NCBI GenBank assembly: GCA_947625465.1
Contig: CANQOK010000003.1
Coordinates: forward strand, 68,316 to 132,315
DNA from: an uncultured Lachnospiraceae bacterium
GTDB lineage: Bacteria; Bacillota; Clostridia; Lachnospirales; Lachnospiraceae
Direction: 5' to 3'
Length of the DNA: 64,000 nt
In this document: positions 16,454 to 25,092 of the stretch, one piece after another
How the letters are laid out: each line of letters starts with the position of its first letter
Position numbering within the stretch: the first letter of the stretch is position 1
Made by a program: the position numbers and the translations under genes
Notes under the pieces: model-generated
Database searches by the model: none
Seen by the model: only the letters and a program-made list of their open reading frames with translations
What the model was told of the DNA's origin: nothing

Positions 16454-17887
16454 TTAAACCGTACCATGTTTCTTAGCCGGACGATCCTCTCTCTTTGTAA
16501 ATAACATTTCAAACGCGCCGATCACATATTTTCTGGTATCTGCCGGCTCGATCACAGTATCCACATAACCGCGTCTTGCCGCCGCGTCCACACCGGACTG
16601 CAGAGCTGCATACGAAGCGGCCGTTTCCGCAATAGCTGCCGTATCATCACCGCAGATGATCTTCGCGGCCAGATTCGCATCCATCATACCGATCTTCGCG
16701 GCCGGCCACGCATAGGTCAGATCCGCTCCAATCGCTTTGGAATTCATTGCCACATAAGCAGTGCCAAACGCCTCTTTTATGATCACGTTCACTTTGGGAA
16801 CCGTTGCGTTTGCAAATGCATAGACCAGTTTTGCCGCTGCTTTGCCAATCTTCTTCTCCTGACATACAGTTGCGGCAAATCCGCTTACATTGGTCAGCGT
16901 CAGGACCGGAATCCCGAACGCATCGCAAAATGTTACGAAATCCGCTGCCTTTTCCGCGCCTTCCGCGGTCAGCTTATTCTCAAACGTATCCGTGACTTCC
17001 ATATCATCGCCGTAAACCTTCGTCCGGTTTGCGACTGCACCGACCGTTACACCGTTTAACCGGATAAAACCGGTGACCATTTCTTTCGCATAAGCCGCCT
17101 TGACTTCCACAAACAGATGATTGTCGGAAATCTGCTCCAATGCGATCGCAGTATCTTCCGTGCAGTTTTCCAGGTCCGCGCATGCTCTGTTCAGATCATC
17201 CGTACATTCATCATAGGACAGATCATCCTCATTGTTGGCCGGCAGAATCGAAACCAGTTCTCTGATCTGCGAAAGGATCTCTGCTTCACTGCCCGTGAAA
17301 TCCACATTGCCCACCTGTTCCGCCTGATATTTTGCAGATGCGGTGTCACACTTCTCTGTATAATTTCCATCCAGGGCGTTGGGAGAATTTACAAATAATT
17401 TCGCTTTCTCCGTTTCCATGAATGTAAAGTCCGTTAACGTAGGGATCAGCGCAAGTCCGCCGCCGCACCGTCCGAAAACAGCCGTAATCTGCGGAATCGC
17501 ACCGGATGCCATCGTCTGCTTTAAATAGATCTCACCGAAGGCCTGCAGCGCGTCGGTCGCTTCCTGCAGTCTCAGACCTGCGCAGTCGATCAGCCCGATC
17601 ACCGGGGCGCCCATCTTCATTGCCATATCATAGACAGCAGCAATCTTCTTCGCATGCATTTCCCCTATGGAACCATTCAATACGCCGGCATCCTGACTGT
17701 AGACATATACAAGGCTGCCATCAATGATACCGTAGCCGGTGACAACCCCGTCTGACGGAGTTTCCCTTTTTTGCAGGTTGAAATCCGTATTTCTGGCAGT
17801 TATCTGCTTACCGATCTCAACAAAGCTGTTATCATCAAGAAGCGCTTCAATCCGGCTTCTTGCTGATACTTTTGCTGTAGTACTCAT
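16454..17887 (-). CDS. acyl-CoA carboxyltransferase (MmdA/GcdA/PccB/12S-type carboxyl transferase domain protein)
   Basis: 477-aa ORF. ..RIEALLDDNSFVEIG.., ..GVVTGYGIIDGSLVYVYSQD.., ..GAPVIGLIDCAGLRLQE.. and ..FGRCGGGLAL.. are carboxyl-transferase N- and C-subdomain signatures. It is the first gene of the operon. Confidence 0.85.
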   Translation of the reverse strand: MSTTAKVSARSRIEALLDDNSFVEIGKQITARNTDFNLQKRETPSDGVVTGYGIIDGSLVYVYSQDAGVLNGSIGEMHAKKIAAVYDMAMKMGAPVIGLIDCAGLRLQEATDALQAFGEIYLKQTMASGAIPQITAVFGRCGGGLALIPTLTDFTFMETEKAKLFVNSPNALDGNYTEKCDTASAKYQAEQVGNVDFTGSEAEILSQIRELVSILPANNEDDLSYDECTDDLNRACADLENCTEDTAIALEQISDNHLFVEVKAAYAKEMVTGFIRLNGVTVGAVANRTKVYGDDMEVTDTFENKLTAEGAEKAADFVTFCDAFGIPVLTLTNVSGFAATVCQEKKIGKAAAKLVYAFANATVPKVNVIIKEAFGTAYVAMNSKAIGADLTYAWPAAKIGMMDANLAAKIICGDDTAAIAETAASYAALQSGVDAAARRGYVDTVIEPADTRKYVIGAFEMLFTKREDRPAKKHGTV

Positions 17888-18033
17888 AATCTAGTCCTCC
17901 ATTATTATTTTTATTTTTAATCAATTTCTGCCAACTAGAATTGTATTACGAGTTTGTCAAAATTTCAAGCATTTTATGCCAGAACGGGTAAAATTTCACA
18001 TTTCTCACAAAAGACAGTTTTCTTATCTCTGTT

Positions 18034-19266
18034 TTAAGGTTTTTTCAACAGGCTCTGAAAAACCTGACCGACACACCATTTCCAATCCTTTTCTTCCGCG
18101 CTTTCAGCCGCAGTCACCGGATAAACGGCGATTACAGATTCATTCAGATAATAGGTTACTTCTCCCACCACTTCTCCTTTTTGGACGGGAGCAGTCAGAG
18201 AGGTATCCACACGGTACTGCATCCGGATCTGATCCGTATCCGATAACAAAAGCCGCATATCCGGTATCGTGACCTCAGTCCCGATCTTCACACTTCCGCC
18301 GACCGTATCAGACTTTCCGTTTTTAACCACGATATCCGGAAATTCCGGCGGACGTTCTTTGATCTCCTGATATTGGTATGTTTTCATCCCATACCCGATC
18401 AGGGTTCTGGTATCCTTCCATTTATAATTTTTATTATTGGGCCAGCCGCACGCCAGCAGCGCAACAATCAAAGTCCGATCTCCCTCCCGAACAGCTCCGA
18501 CATAACAATATCCCGCATTTCCGGTAAATCCGGTTTTTCCGCTCAGTGCTCCCTCCATCATGGACAAAAGCGCATTATGATTATTACAGGTAAAACTGCG
18601 GGTACCTCCTATATTTTGAAAACTATAGCTTTTTGTCTGCGTTATTTCCAGAAATGCATCTTTTTTCGGAGAGATCTGAATACAGTACCGCATGATCCTG
18701 GCCAGATCTTCCGCCGTCGTGCTATGTGCCTTTTTCCCCTCTCCTGTCTGTTCTTCGGCGTCCAGACCGTTCGGCGTAATAAACCAGGTATTCTGACATC
18801 CGATTTCCTGTGCTTTCTGATTCATCATATCCGCAAACCCTTCCACGGAACCCGCCACATGCTCCGCAACCGCGACCGCGCTGTCGTTATGAGACTCCAG
18901 CATTAAGGAATACAGCAGATCTTTCAGCTGATATTTTTCTCCTTCCCGGATTCCCAAATGTACTTTCGGCATCGCCTGCGCATAGGCTGTCACCATAACC
19001 GCCTCGTCCATATTTCCGTATTCCAGAGCCAGAATACAGGTCATGATCTTCGTTGTGCTCGCCATCGGCAAGACTTCGGTTTCATTCTTCCCATACAGCA
19101 CTCTGCCTGAATCCGCGTCCATCAGGACTGCGGCTTTGGCATAGAGAGTGCTCTCCGCCGGCGCGGTTTCTTCTTTCGCTGCGCCCGCTTCTTCCCCGTA
19201 AACAATCCCACCATCTGTAAAAAGCAATAAAAAAATAAGCAGTATACTGATAACTCTTTGCTTCAT
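18034..19266 (-). CDS. dacB: D-alanyl-D-alanine carboxypeptidase (PBP5 family, DacB-like)
   Basis: SxxK (MASTTKIMT), SxN (ESHNDSA) and KTG (SGKTGFTGN) motifs. Start moved from 19392 to ATG 19266 (MKQRVISILLIFLLL, signal-like), preceded by AGGAG. The longer ORF would run through the upstream terminator hairpin. Confidence 0.88.
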   Translation of the reverse strand: MKQRVISILLIFLLLFTDGGIVYGEEAGAAKEETAPAESTLYAKAAVLMDADSGRVLYGKNETEVLPMASTTKIMTCILALEYGNMDEAVMVTAYAQAMPKVHLGIREGEKYQLKDLLYSLMLESHNDSAVAVAEHVAGSVEGFADMMNQKAQEIGCQNTWFITPNGLDAEEQTGEGKKAHSTTAEDLARIMRYCIQISPKKDAFLEITQTKSYSFQNIGGTRSFTCNNHNALLSMMEGALSGKTGFTGNAGYCYVGAVREGDRTLIVALLACGWPNNKNYKWKDTRTLIGYGMKTYQYQEIKERPPEFPDIVVKNGKSDTVGGSVKIGTEVTIPDMRLLLSDTDQIRMQYRVDTSLTAPVQKGEVVGEVTYYLNESVIAVYPVTAAESAEEKDWKWCVGQVFQSLLKKP

Positions 19267-19360
19267 GACAACTCCTGTCACCTTTTTTACTAAGATATTA
19301 TCTGTATACTGCCGATATTCTTGGATTTCATATTCAAAAAAACCAAAAGCAAATAGAGAA

Positions 19361-19388
19361 GGAGCGGCATCCAAACGAATACCGCTCC
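19361..19388 (-). terminator. hairpin terminator candidate after the surface-protein gene
   Basis: ggagcgg (19361..19367) and ccgctcc (19382..19388) form a perfect 7-bp GC-rich stem with a 14-nt loop, followed in the minus sense by TTCTCTATTTGCTTTTGG. Confidence 0.45.
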
Positions 19389-19462
19389 GCAATTAACAAA
19401 ACGTCTATCTGTTTATTTTCTAACCCTGCTGTTTTTCTGCATCTTATCCTGTCGGTCACAAA

Positions 19463-22435
19463 TTATATATATTTCCGTTTTGTACGCAATCCCAAACATG
19501 TCCCACCTGCTAACAGTAATACCACAGACCAGACTGCCATCAGATTCAGGTCTCCAGTACCCGGCGGAGTAGCCGTATTGGTCTGTCCGTTATTTTCAGC
19601 AGGTTTGGAGTCATTGGTGTTGTTTGTATCGCCCGGTTTATTACTATTATCCGACTGATCTGTATCATTCGGTTTGTTTGTATCACCCGGTTTATTGGTA
19701 TCACCCGGCTGATTACCGTCATCCGGTTTCGGATCTGTACTTTGCGCCGGTTTTTCTTCGGCAACTACATATGTACTGAAATGATCCGTTTCAAAAACAA
19801 CCATTCCATCTTTTATTTCAGCTGCAACTGCTGTTTTGCCGCCGTCATTATCCATATAATAAACAACTGTATATGCTTTGTCATAGCCGGCAGGCAGCGG
19901 AATCGATACCATTACCTTTCCATTCGGCTGTACCTTAACGCCTTCTTTCAGAATACTGATATCATAAACCACAAATTTACTCGTATCCAAAGCTTCTTTA
20001 ACAGCTTCAAAGGCTTCGCCTTCTGTTACCGGTTTTACTTCCAACTTCGCGCCTTCTTCAATTACAGAAGGATCTGCCATTACTGTAATTCCGGTCTGGG
20101 AATCAGCTGCCTGATTCGGTACTGCTGTATCATAGCTCTCCGGGAAACTCTTTACTTCCTGGAAAGACAATTGCTTCCAATATCTTCCATTTCGCTTTAA
20201 GCACAGTTTGCAGCGGATAAATTGGGATTCATCATTCATATCAATTCCTTCATCAGCAAGATAAAGATCTTTGTTGGAAATTTTAAAATATACCTCCAAA
20301 GAACCGTCTTCTGTAAATTGATACCCATCCAATTCTGTCAACCAATATGCTCTACTCCAAAAACCGCCGCTATTCTGAAGTACGTCACGCTCTGCATCAT
20401 AAAGATTCTCAATATTTTTCATATCCGGGACTGCGGAAAACAACTGCTGAGTAAACGACAGATAGTCGTCATAGGAAATTTCCTTTCCAACATACAGAGG
20501 GGATCCTTCCTCGTCGTACACCTCTACTTCTTCTGCCTTCGCCCATGCACCACAATATGCAGCATATACATAAGCCCATTCTGCCTTAGGCGTTCCTTCA
20601 AAGAAAAACTGATCTATTGTCTGACCGTCCGCTTCTTCCTCTTCTCCCAGCAGCATTCCAAGTGCACTGCCGCCTATCTGATTTACATATTTATCAATAT
20701 ATTCTTCCATTTCCTCTCTTGTCAGAGATGTTATTACCGGATTAAAGGCTTCCGCTTCTTCCAGATCCAGTGCGATAAAGGAAATATTCCGTCTTCTCGC
20801 ATAGAGATCGGCATAAGATCCCTTATAGCCCTGAATCGTCCGATTATAATAAGGATAATCGATATAGTGCGATTCAAATGCTCTATCCGCAATACTTTCT
20901 ACACTGGCAGGAATTGTAACCGTAAGTTCTGGGCTGACCTGATCTATATATACCTGCCCGATTTCTTCCACTCCATCTTCCAAAATCAGAGTCTTTAGAT
21001 TTGTAAATTCACAGCCGTCAATTTTCTTGATCGAACCCGGAACAGTCACCTTTGTCACGCTATCATTGTTATACCCAAATTTTCTTCCGATCTCCGTAAT
21101 ATTCTGTCCGTCAAGTTCTGCCGGAATTACTATTTCTTCTTTTGAGCCGAAATAATCCGTAAGTTTCACGGTTCCTTCATCATAAACAATATACTGCCAG
21201 TCTCCTGTTTTAATTCGATCACCAATTTTAGTGATTGTAACGGTAACTGGCTCGTTTTCCGGCTCTTCCCCAATCCAATCCCAAATATCCAGATAATAAC
21301 AGATATCTGCTTCTAATGTCCATTCAAGTGCAAATTCATCGTAAACGAACCCATCATAGTCTTCCTCTTTAAAAGGATGTATGGATGCATCAGGACTATA
21401 TCCGCCTTCCAGTTCAACCCGATAAATCCCCGCTTCAGCCGGAGTAAAATACCAGTAACTATCATTATAGATAGGCGGCAGCTCTGTTTTCTTTCCTGTC
21501 TCCAGATCATTGACCACTGCGTCCTTCACCGTAATCTCATAAGATACCGTCCTTCCGCCGTAAAAGACTGTCACATTCGCAGTTCCTGCCTTAGAAGAAT
21601 CAAAGTTTGTTACCGTGAACCCATCTACAATTGTCTGGGAAGTACCGTCATACTCCTCCGCAGTTAATGTCAGCCCTGCTGTATTTACTTCCTGTCCTTT
21701 TCCGTATACTGTCTTTTTGGGAGAGGTTTTGATTTTCAGATCCTTCAGCAAATATGCATACATCAAAGTATCATCATATTCCATCTGTTCCTGTATCCAC
21801 TGTTCTGCATAGGAATCTTTTTCGACATATATTGTAACATTTTCAAAAGATCCCGGCCAAATTTCTCCGATAAAGGAAACTCCAGCCGGAATAACCAAAG
21901 CTTCCAGACCATACCAGCCATAGGGAAGAGCGTTATCTGCAATCCTAGTCACACCTTCAGGAATGCTAATGATTTTTTCTTCCCTTCCAGACGGATAAAA
22001 TATAAATTCTGTTTTTTCTTTATTATATAGAATTCCGTCAATATCGCAATAATTAGGATTCTCCGCTGCAACGGTAATTCGCTTTAAACTCTCAATATAC
22101 AAAAAAGCGCTGGAAGAGATCGCAGTAATTTCTTTCGGAATGATAATTTCTTCAGTTACATAGTTAGATTCCGATAATGCCATACCACTAATCGCCGTAA
22201 CTTTTTTCCCGTCAAGTTTTGAAGGAATGGTAACAACCGTTTCTTCTCCATTGTACTGCCAGATTTCAAGTGTCCCGTCTTCTAATTCCTCATACTCCCA
22301 TTCCTCATAGGTTTCTGCTTCTACTGTCTCGGTATTCCCGGGCAAATACCAGCTAACCGGCGCTATCGTAAACGCCATAGCCAATGCACAGGTTGCTGCC
22401 AACAGCCGTTTCCCTTTCCTTTCTTTTTTTCTCAT
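19463..22435 (-). CDS. cell-wall-anchored surface protein with two BspA-type leucine-rich-repeat modules, a Big_3-like Ig domain and a C-terminal sorting signal
   Basis: 990-aa ORF. N-terminal signal (MRKKERKGKRLLAATCALAMAFTIAP). Two LRR_5-like modules (..VTIPSKLDGKKVTAISGMA..IIIPKEITAISSSAF..ILYNKEKTEFIFYP.. and ..IVIPAELDGQNITEIG..VTVPGSIKKIDGCEF..). A Big_3-like segment (KIKTSPKKTVYGKGQEVNTAGLTLTAEEYDGTSQTIV..FDSSKAGTANVTVFYGGRTVSYEITV). A P/D/T/N-rich stalk, then PPGTG plus hydrophobic helix plus RTKRKYI. Confidence 0.85.
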   Translation of the reverse strand: MRKKERKGKRLLAATCALAMAFTIAPVSWYLPGNTETVEAETYEEWEYEELEDGTLEIWQYNGEETVVTIPSKLDGKKVTAISGMALSESNYVTEEIIIPKEITAISSSAFLYIESLKRITVAAENPNYCDIDGILYNKEKTEFIFYPSGREEKIISIPEGVTRIADNALPYGWYGLEALVIPAGVSFIGEIWPGSFENVTIYVEKDSYAEQWIQEQMEYDDTLMYAYLLKDLKIKTSPKKTVYGKGQEVNTAGLTLTAEEYDGTSQTIVDGFTVTNFDSSKAGTANVTVFYGGRTVSYEITVKDAVVNDLETGKKTELPPIYNDSYWYFTPAEAGIYRVELEGGYSPDASIHPFKEEDYDGFVYDEFALEWTLEADICYYLDIWDWIGEEPENEPVTVTITKIGDRIKTGDWQYIVYDEGTVKLTDYFGSKEEIVIPAELDGQNITEIGRKFGYNNDSVTKVTVPGSIKKIDGCEFTNLKTLILEDGVEEIGQVYIDQVSPELTVTIPASVESIADRAFESHYIDYPYYNRTIQGYKGSYADLYARRRNISFIALDLEEAEAFNPVITSLTREEMEEYIDKYVNQIGGSALGMLLGEEEEADGQTIDQFFFEGTPKAEWAYVYAAYCGAWAKAEEVEVYDEEGSPLYVGKEISYDDYLSFTQQLFSAVPDMKNIENLYDAERDVLQNSGGFWSRAYWLTELDGYQFTEDGSLEVYFKISNKDLYLADEGIDMNDESQFIRCKLCLKRNGRYWKQLSFQEVKSFPESYDTAVPNQAADSQTGITVMADPSVIEEGAKLEVKPVTEGEAFEAVKEALDTSKFVVYDISILKEGVKVQPNGKVMVSIPLPAGYDKAYTVVYYMDNDGGKTAVAAEIKDGMVVFETDHFSTYVVAEEKPAQSTDPKPDDGNQPGDTNKPGDTNKPNDTDQSDNSNKPGDTNNTNDSKPAENNGQTNTATPPGTGDLNLMAVWSVVLLLAGGTCLGLRTKRKYI
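19568..19759 (-). repeat. low-complexity Pro/Asp/Thr/Asn stalk with PGDTNK-type tandem units
   Basis: Codons 893-956 of the surface protein read EEKPAQSTDPKPDDGNQPGDTNKPGDTNKPNDTDQSDNSNKPGDTNNTNDSKPAENNGQTNTAT. Confidence 0.8.
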
Positions 22436-22654
22436 TTTTCATAGCCTCCTGTTTTTGTTGATTATTACGAAACTACAGGAATTATTTTCCTGCTTTCTAT
22501 CCGATTTTACCACAGGCTTTATTAAATAGAAAGTAAAATAAATAATTACTATGCATCTTATTTTCCCTGATTCTGCCAAAAATGCCCGATTTTATCTATA
22601 TTCTTCTATATTTACGAAAAAGATTATAAACTTTAGGGTTTGTGCAGTTTATAC

Positions 22655-22698
22655 AAAAACAGAGACTGCATATTTTCTTCTATGCAATCTCTGTTTTT
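22655..22698. terminator. bidirectional rho-independent terminator after scpB
   Basis: cagagactgcata (22660..22672) pairs with tatgcaatctctg (22681..22693) at 12 of 13 positions, with an 8-nt loop. It is flanked by A5 (22655..22659) and T5 (22694..22698). Confidence 0.75.
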
Positions 22699-22724
22699 CT
22701 TTTATTTGTCTATCATTTTCTGCT

Positions 22725-23333
22725 CTATAACCGCGCTTTTTCTTCCTCCTGAACCGCCTCCTGCGCGTCCCGCATCTGCGCCTGTACTTCCTCGGCTACT
22801 GCTTCCCGGATCTGCGCCATGCCTTCTTCCTCTACTTTCGGCATCTCCTCCGGGGAACGCAGTCCGAATCTTCTCAAGAATTCCTCCGTGGTGCCAAACA
22901 GGATCGGCCTGCCCGGCGCGTCCAGTCTGCCGACCTCCGCAACCAGTTCATATTCGATCAGCTTATTGACCGCATGATCGCTTTTCACGCCGCGGACTTT
23001 TTCGATCTCCAGTTTAGTAACCGGCTGCTTGTAAGCGATGATTGAAAGCGTCTCCAACAGAACATCCGTCAATACCTGCCGCCTGGGCTGACTGGCTACC
23101 CGGATCAGATATTCATATAACTCCGGCTTGGTAGACATCTGATAAGCGCCGTCAAATTCCACGATCCGCACACCCCTGTTTTCCTGCCGGTACTGCTCCT
23201 CCAGACCGGCTATCAGGGATTTCAGCGTTTTCATGTCGATTTCCAGCGCCTTCGTCAGCTTCTCCGCTTCTACCGATTCGCCCATCGTAAATAAGATCGC
23301 TTCCAGTGCGCCCTCCAGTTTTGCTTTCTCCAT
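22725..23333 (-). CDS. scpB: segregation and condensation protein B
   Basis: 202-aa ORF. ..LEAILFTMGESV..L.. and ..PVTKLEIEKVRGVKSDHAVNKLIEYELV..GRLDAPGRPILFGTT.EFL..FGL are ScpB winged-helix signatures. Confidence 0.92.
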   Translation of the reverse strand: MEKAKLEGALEAILFTMGESVEAEKLTKALEIDMKTLKSLIAGLEEQYRQENRGVRIVEFDGAYQMSTKPELYEYLIRVASQPRRQVLTDVLLETLSIIAYKQPVTKLEIEKVRGVKSDHAVNKLIEYELVAEVGRLDAPGRPILFGTTEEFLRRFGLRSPEEMPKVEEEGMAQIREAVAEEVQAQMRDAQEAVQEEEKARL

Positions 23334-23345
23334 ACGTCCTCCGTT

Positions 23346-24095
23346 CTATCTCTGACTGCGTGTCTCTATCAAAATATCATCAAAAATGTGTTCCTGTCTG
23401 ACTTCGATTTTTCCGTTCTTCATTAACTCCAGGATTGCAAGAAAGGTGACGATGACCTCCACCTTGCTCTCCTGTTTCAGCAAAAGCTGCCGAAAACTAA
23501 ACTTCTTCTGTCTGCGGGCATATTTTCGGATATAAGCGATCTTATCCGGTACGCTGATCTCTTCCTTCTCAATCTTGCCAAATCCGGAACGCACCTGATC
23601 GATCTTATCTTCCTGCCGTCTGAGCACTTCATTGAAAATCTGCTGCATCCGCTCCATGGTAACCCCGGACAGCAGCTTGTCCAAATCGACAGGCGGCTCG
23701 TATTTTGCCACCTCGGGCGGTATGCTGGGTGCTTTATACATTGCCTTTCCGGCATAGAGCTGCTGATCTTTTAAGGAAGCCGCGATCTGCTTAAACATCC
23801 GGTATTCGATCAGCTGCGCTACCAGTTCTTCTCTGGGATCGACATCATTGCCTTCCTCATCCACCTCTTTGGGCAGCAGCATCCGGCACTTCAAGTCGAT
23901 CAACGTTGCCGCCATCACCAGAAATTCACTGACTACGTTCAGATCCTCCCGGTCCATATGGCTGACATATTCCAGATACTGATCCGTGATCATGGCAATG
24001 GGAATATCGTAAATATCCACTTTATTCTTTTCAATCAAATGCAACAGCAGATCCAGCGGACCTTCAAATGCCTCCAGGCGGACCGTAATGCTCAT
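23346..24095 (-). CDS. scpA: segregation and condensation protein A
   Basis: ..VRLEAFEGPLDLLLHLIEKNKVDIYDIPIA.ITDQYL is the ScpA N-terminus. The ORF track starts at 24116, but the ATG at 24095 (MSITVRLEAF) is preceded by GGGAG while 24116 has no SD. Either start is possible. Confidence 0.88.
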   Translation of the reverse strand: MSITVRLEAFEGPLDLLLHLIEKNKVDIYDIPIAMITDQYLEYVSHMDREDLNVVSEFLVMAATLIDLKCRMLLPKEVDEEGNDVDPREELVAQLIEYRMFKQIAASLKDQQLYAGKAMYKAPSIPPEVAKYEPPVDLDKLLSGVTMERMQQIFNEVLRRQEDKIDQVRSGFGKIEKEEISVPDKIAYIRKYARRQKKFSFRQLLLKQESKVEVIVTFLAILELMKNGKIEVRQEHIFDDILIETRSQR

Positions 24096-24193
24096 ATTGC
24101 TCCCATCTGTCTGCATACCGCAGACTTAACATGAAGTTTTATCTTTCGTACCTTCAGTCACGCTTTTCATTGTAACGGAGAACAGAAAAAATA

Positions 24194-25066
24194 TCAATCT
24201 CTTTTTAAATCCAGACAGACCAGCTGCTGCGGATTGCAGAACCGGAATTTAATGGTATGCGTTCCCAGCCCCGCGCTGACGATCATCTGTTTGGAAGCTT
24301 CGCCGCTGTTTGTTTTTAACGGAAAGCATCCTTTGGAATATGGTTCAAACAGCTTGTATTGCGTAGAAATCAGACCGCGGTTTCCGGGCAGTCCCACGAT
24401 TCCGCCATGATAGTGGCCGCAGAGAACCAAGTCCGCACCCCAGCCGGCATAAGCTTTGGAAAAAGCCGGCGTATGCGCCAGCAAAAGCTGAAATCTGGAC
24501 GGATCCGGCTCTCCGAGCTTCTCCTGCATGGTTTCCACGGTCAGTTCGGCAGGTCTGACTTTTTTATAATACGTTCCATCCAGTTCCACACCGGACAGCT
24601 GCAGCCCGCTGTCTCCCGGGTAGGGAACAGAGCAGTCGTTCAGGTTTTCGATTCCCAGCATCCGGAGTTTATGCAGATAGCGTCCGTACCCATCGCCGTA
24701 ATATTCCGGATCTTCTTTCATCCGGGATTCATGGTTGCCGTTCACATAATAAACAGAGAACTGTCCTGCCAGCTGCTCCAGCAGTTCAATTGCAGTTTCG
24801 CCGCTTTCTCCTTCTGTTCCGACCAGCAGATCGCCTCCGATCAGAATTGCCTCCGGTTTCAAATCTCTGATCGCTTTTACCAGTTTCGCATTCTTTTTCC
24901 CATATCGGCAGCTATGTAAATCCACAAGGAAAACAAACCGGTGGTCTTTCTCGATTTTGTCTGTGGATACGCAGTAGGAGACCACCTGAAAATGCGTCAC
25001 TTCCCAGACAGACACTGCCAGCGTGCCGACTGCCAAAATCAGTATGACAAATAAAAACCACTCCAT
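24194..25066 (-). CDS. membrane-anchored metallophosphoesterase (YkuE-like)
   Basis: Calcineurin-like motifs: DLHS, GGDLL, NGNHE, GHYHGG. Start moved to ATG 25066 (MEWFLFVILILAVG.., N-terminal TM), preceded by GGAGGAG. The longer ORF would overlap the upstream dac gene by 43 nt. Confidence 0.8.
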   Translation of the reverse strand: MEWFLFVILILAVGTLAVSVWEVTHFQVVSYCVSTDKIEKDHRFVFLVDLHSCRYGKKNAKLVKAIRDLKPEAILIGGDLLVGTEGESGETAIELLEQLAGQFSVYYVNGNHESRMKEDPEYYGDGYGRYLHKLRMLGIENLNDCSVPYPGDSGLQLSGVELDGTYYKKVRPAELTVETMQEKLGEPDPSRFQLLLAHTPAFSKAYAGWGADLVLCGHYHGGIVGLPGNRGLISTQYKLFEPYSKGCFPLKTNSGEASKQMIVSAGLGTHTIKFRFCNPQQLVCLDLKRD

Positions 25067-25092
25067 AAGCTCCTCCGTTTCCGTATCCGTTT

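Noticed and set aside
19267-19392. N-terminal 42-codon extension of the dacB ORF
   Set aside because: The extension runs through the terminator hairpin at 19361..19388 and has no SD. The internal ATG at 19266 has AGGAG and begins a signal peptide.
20222-20998. 258-aa plus-strand ORF inside the surface-protein gene
   Set aside because: It is antisense to the 990-aa LRR ORF. Its Ile/Phe/Cys-rich junk-like composition is expected from an AT-rich reverse frame.
22436-22654. Possible riboswitch (for example c-di-GMP) in the long AT-rich leader of the surface-protein gene
   Set aside because: I could not find the conserved GEMM-type motifs or any extended GC-supported secondary structure. There are only small AT hairpins (for example CTTTCTAT/ATAGAAAG at 22493..22533).
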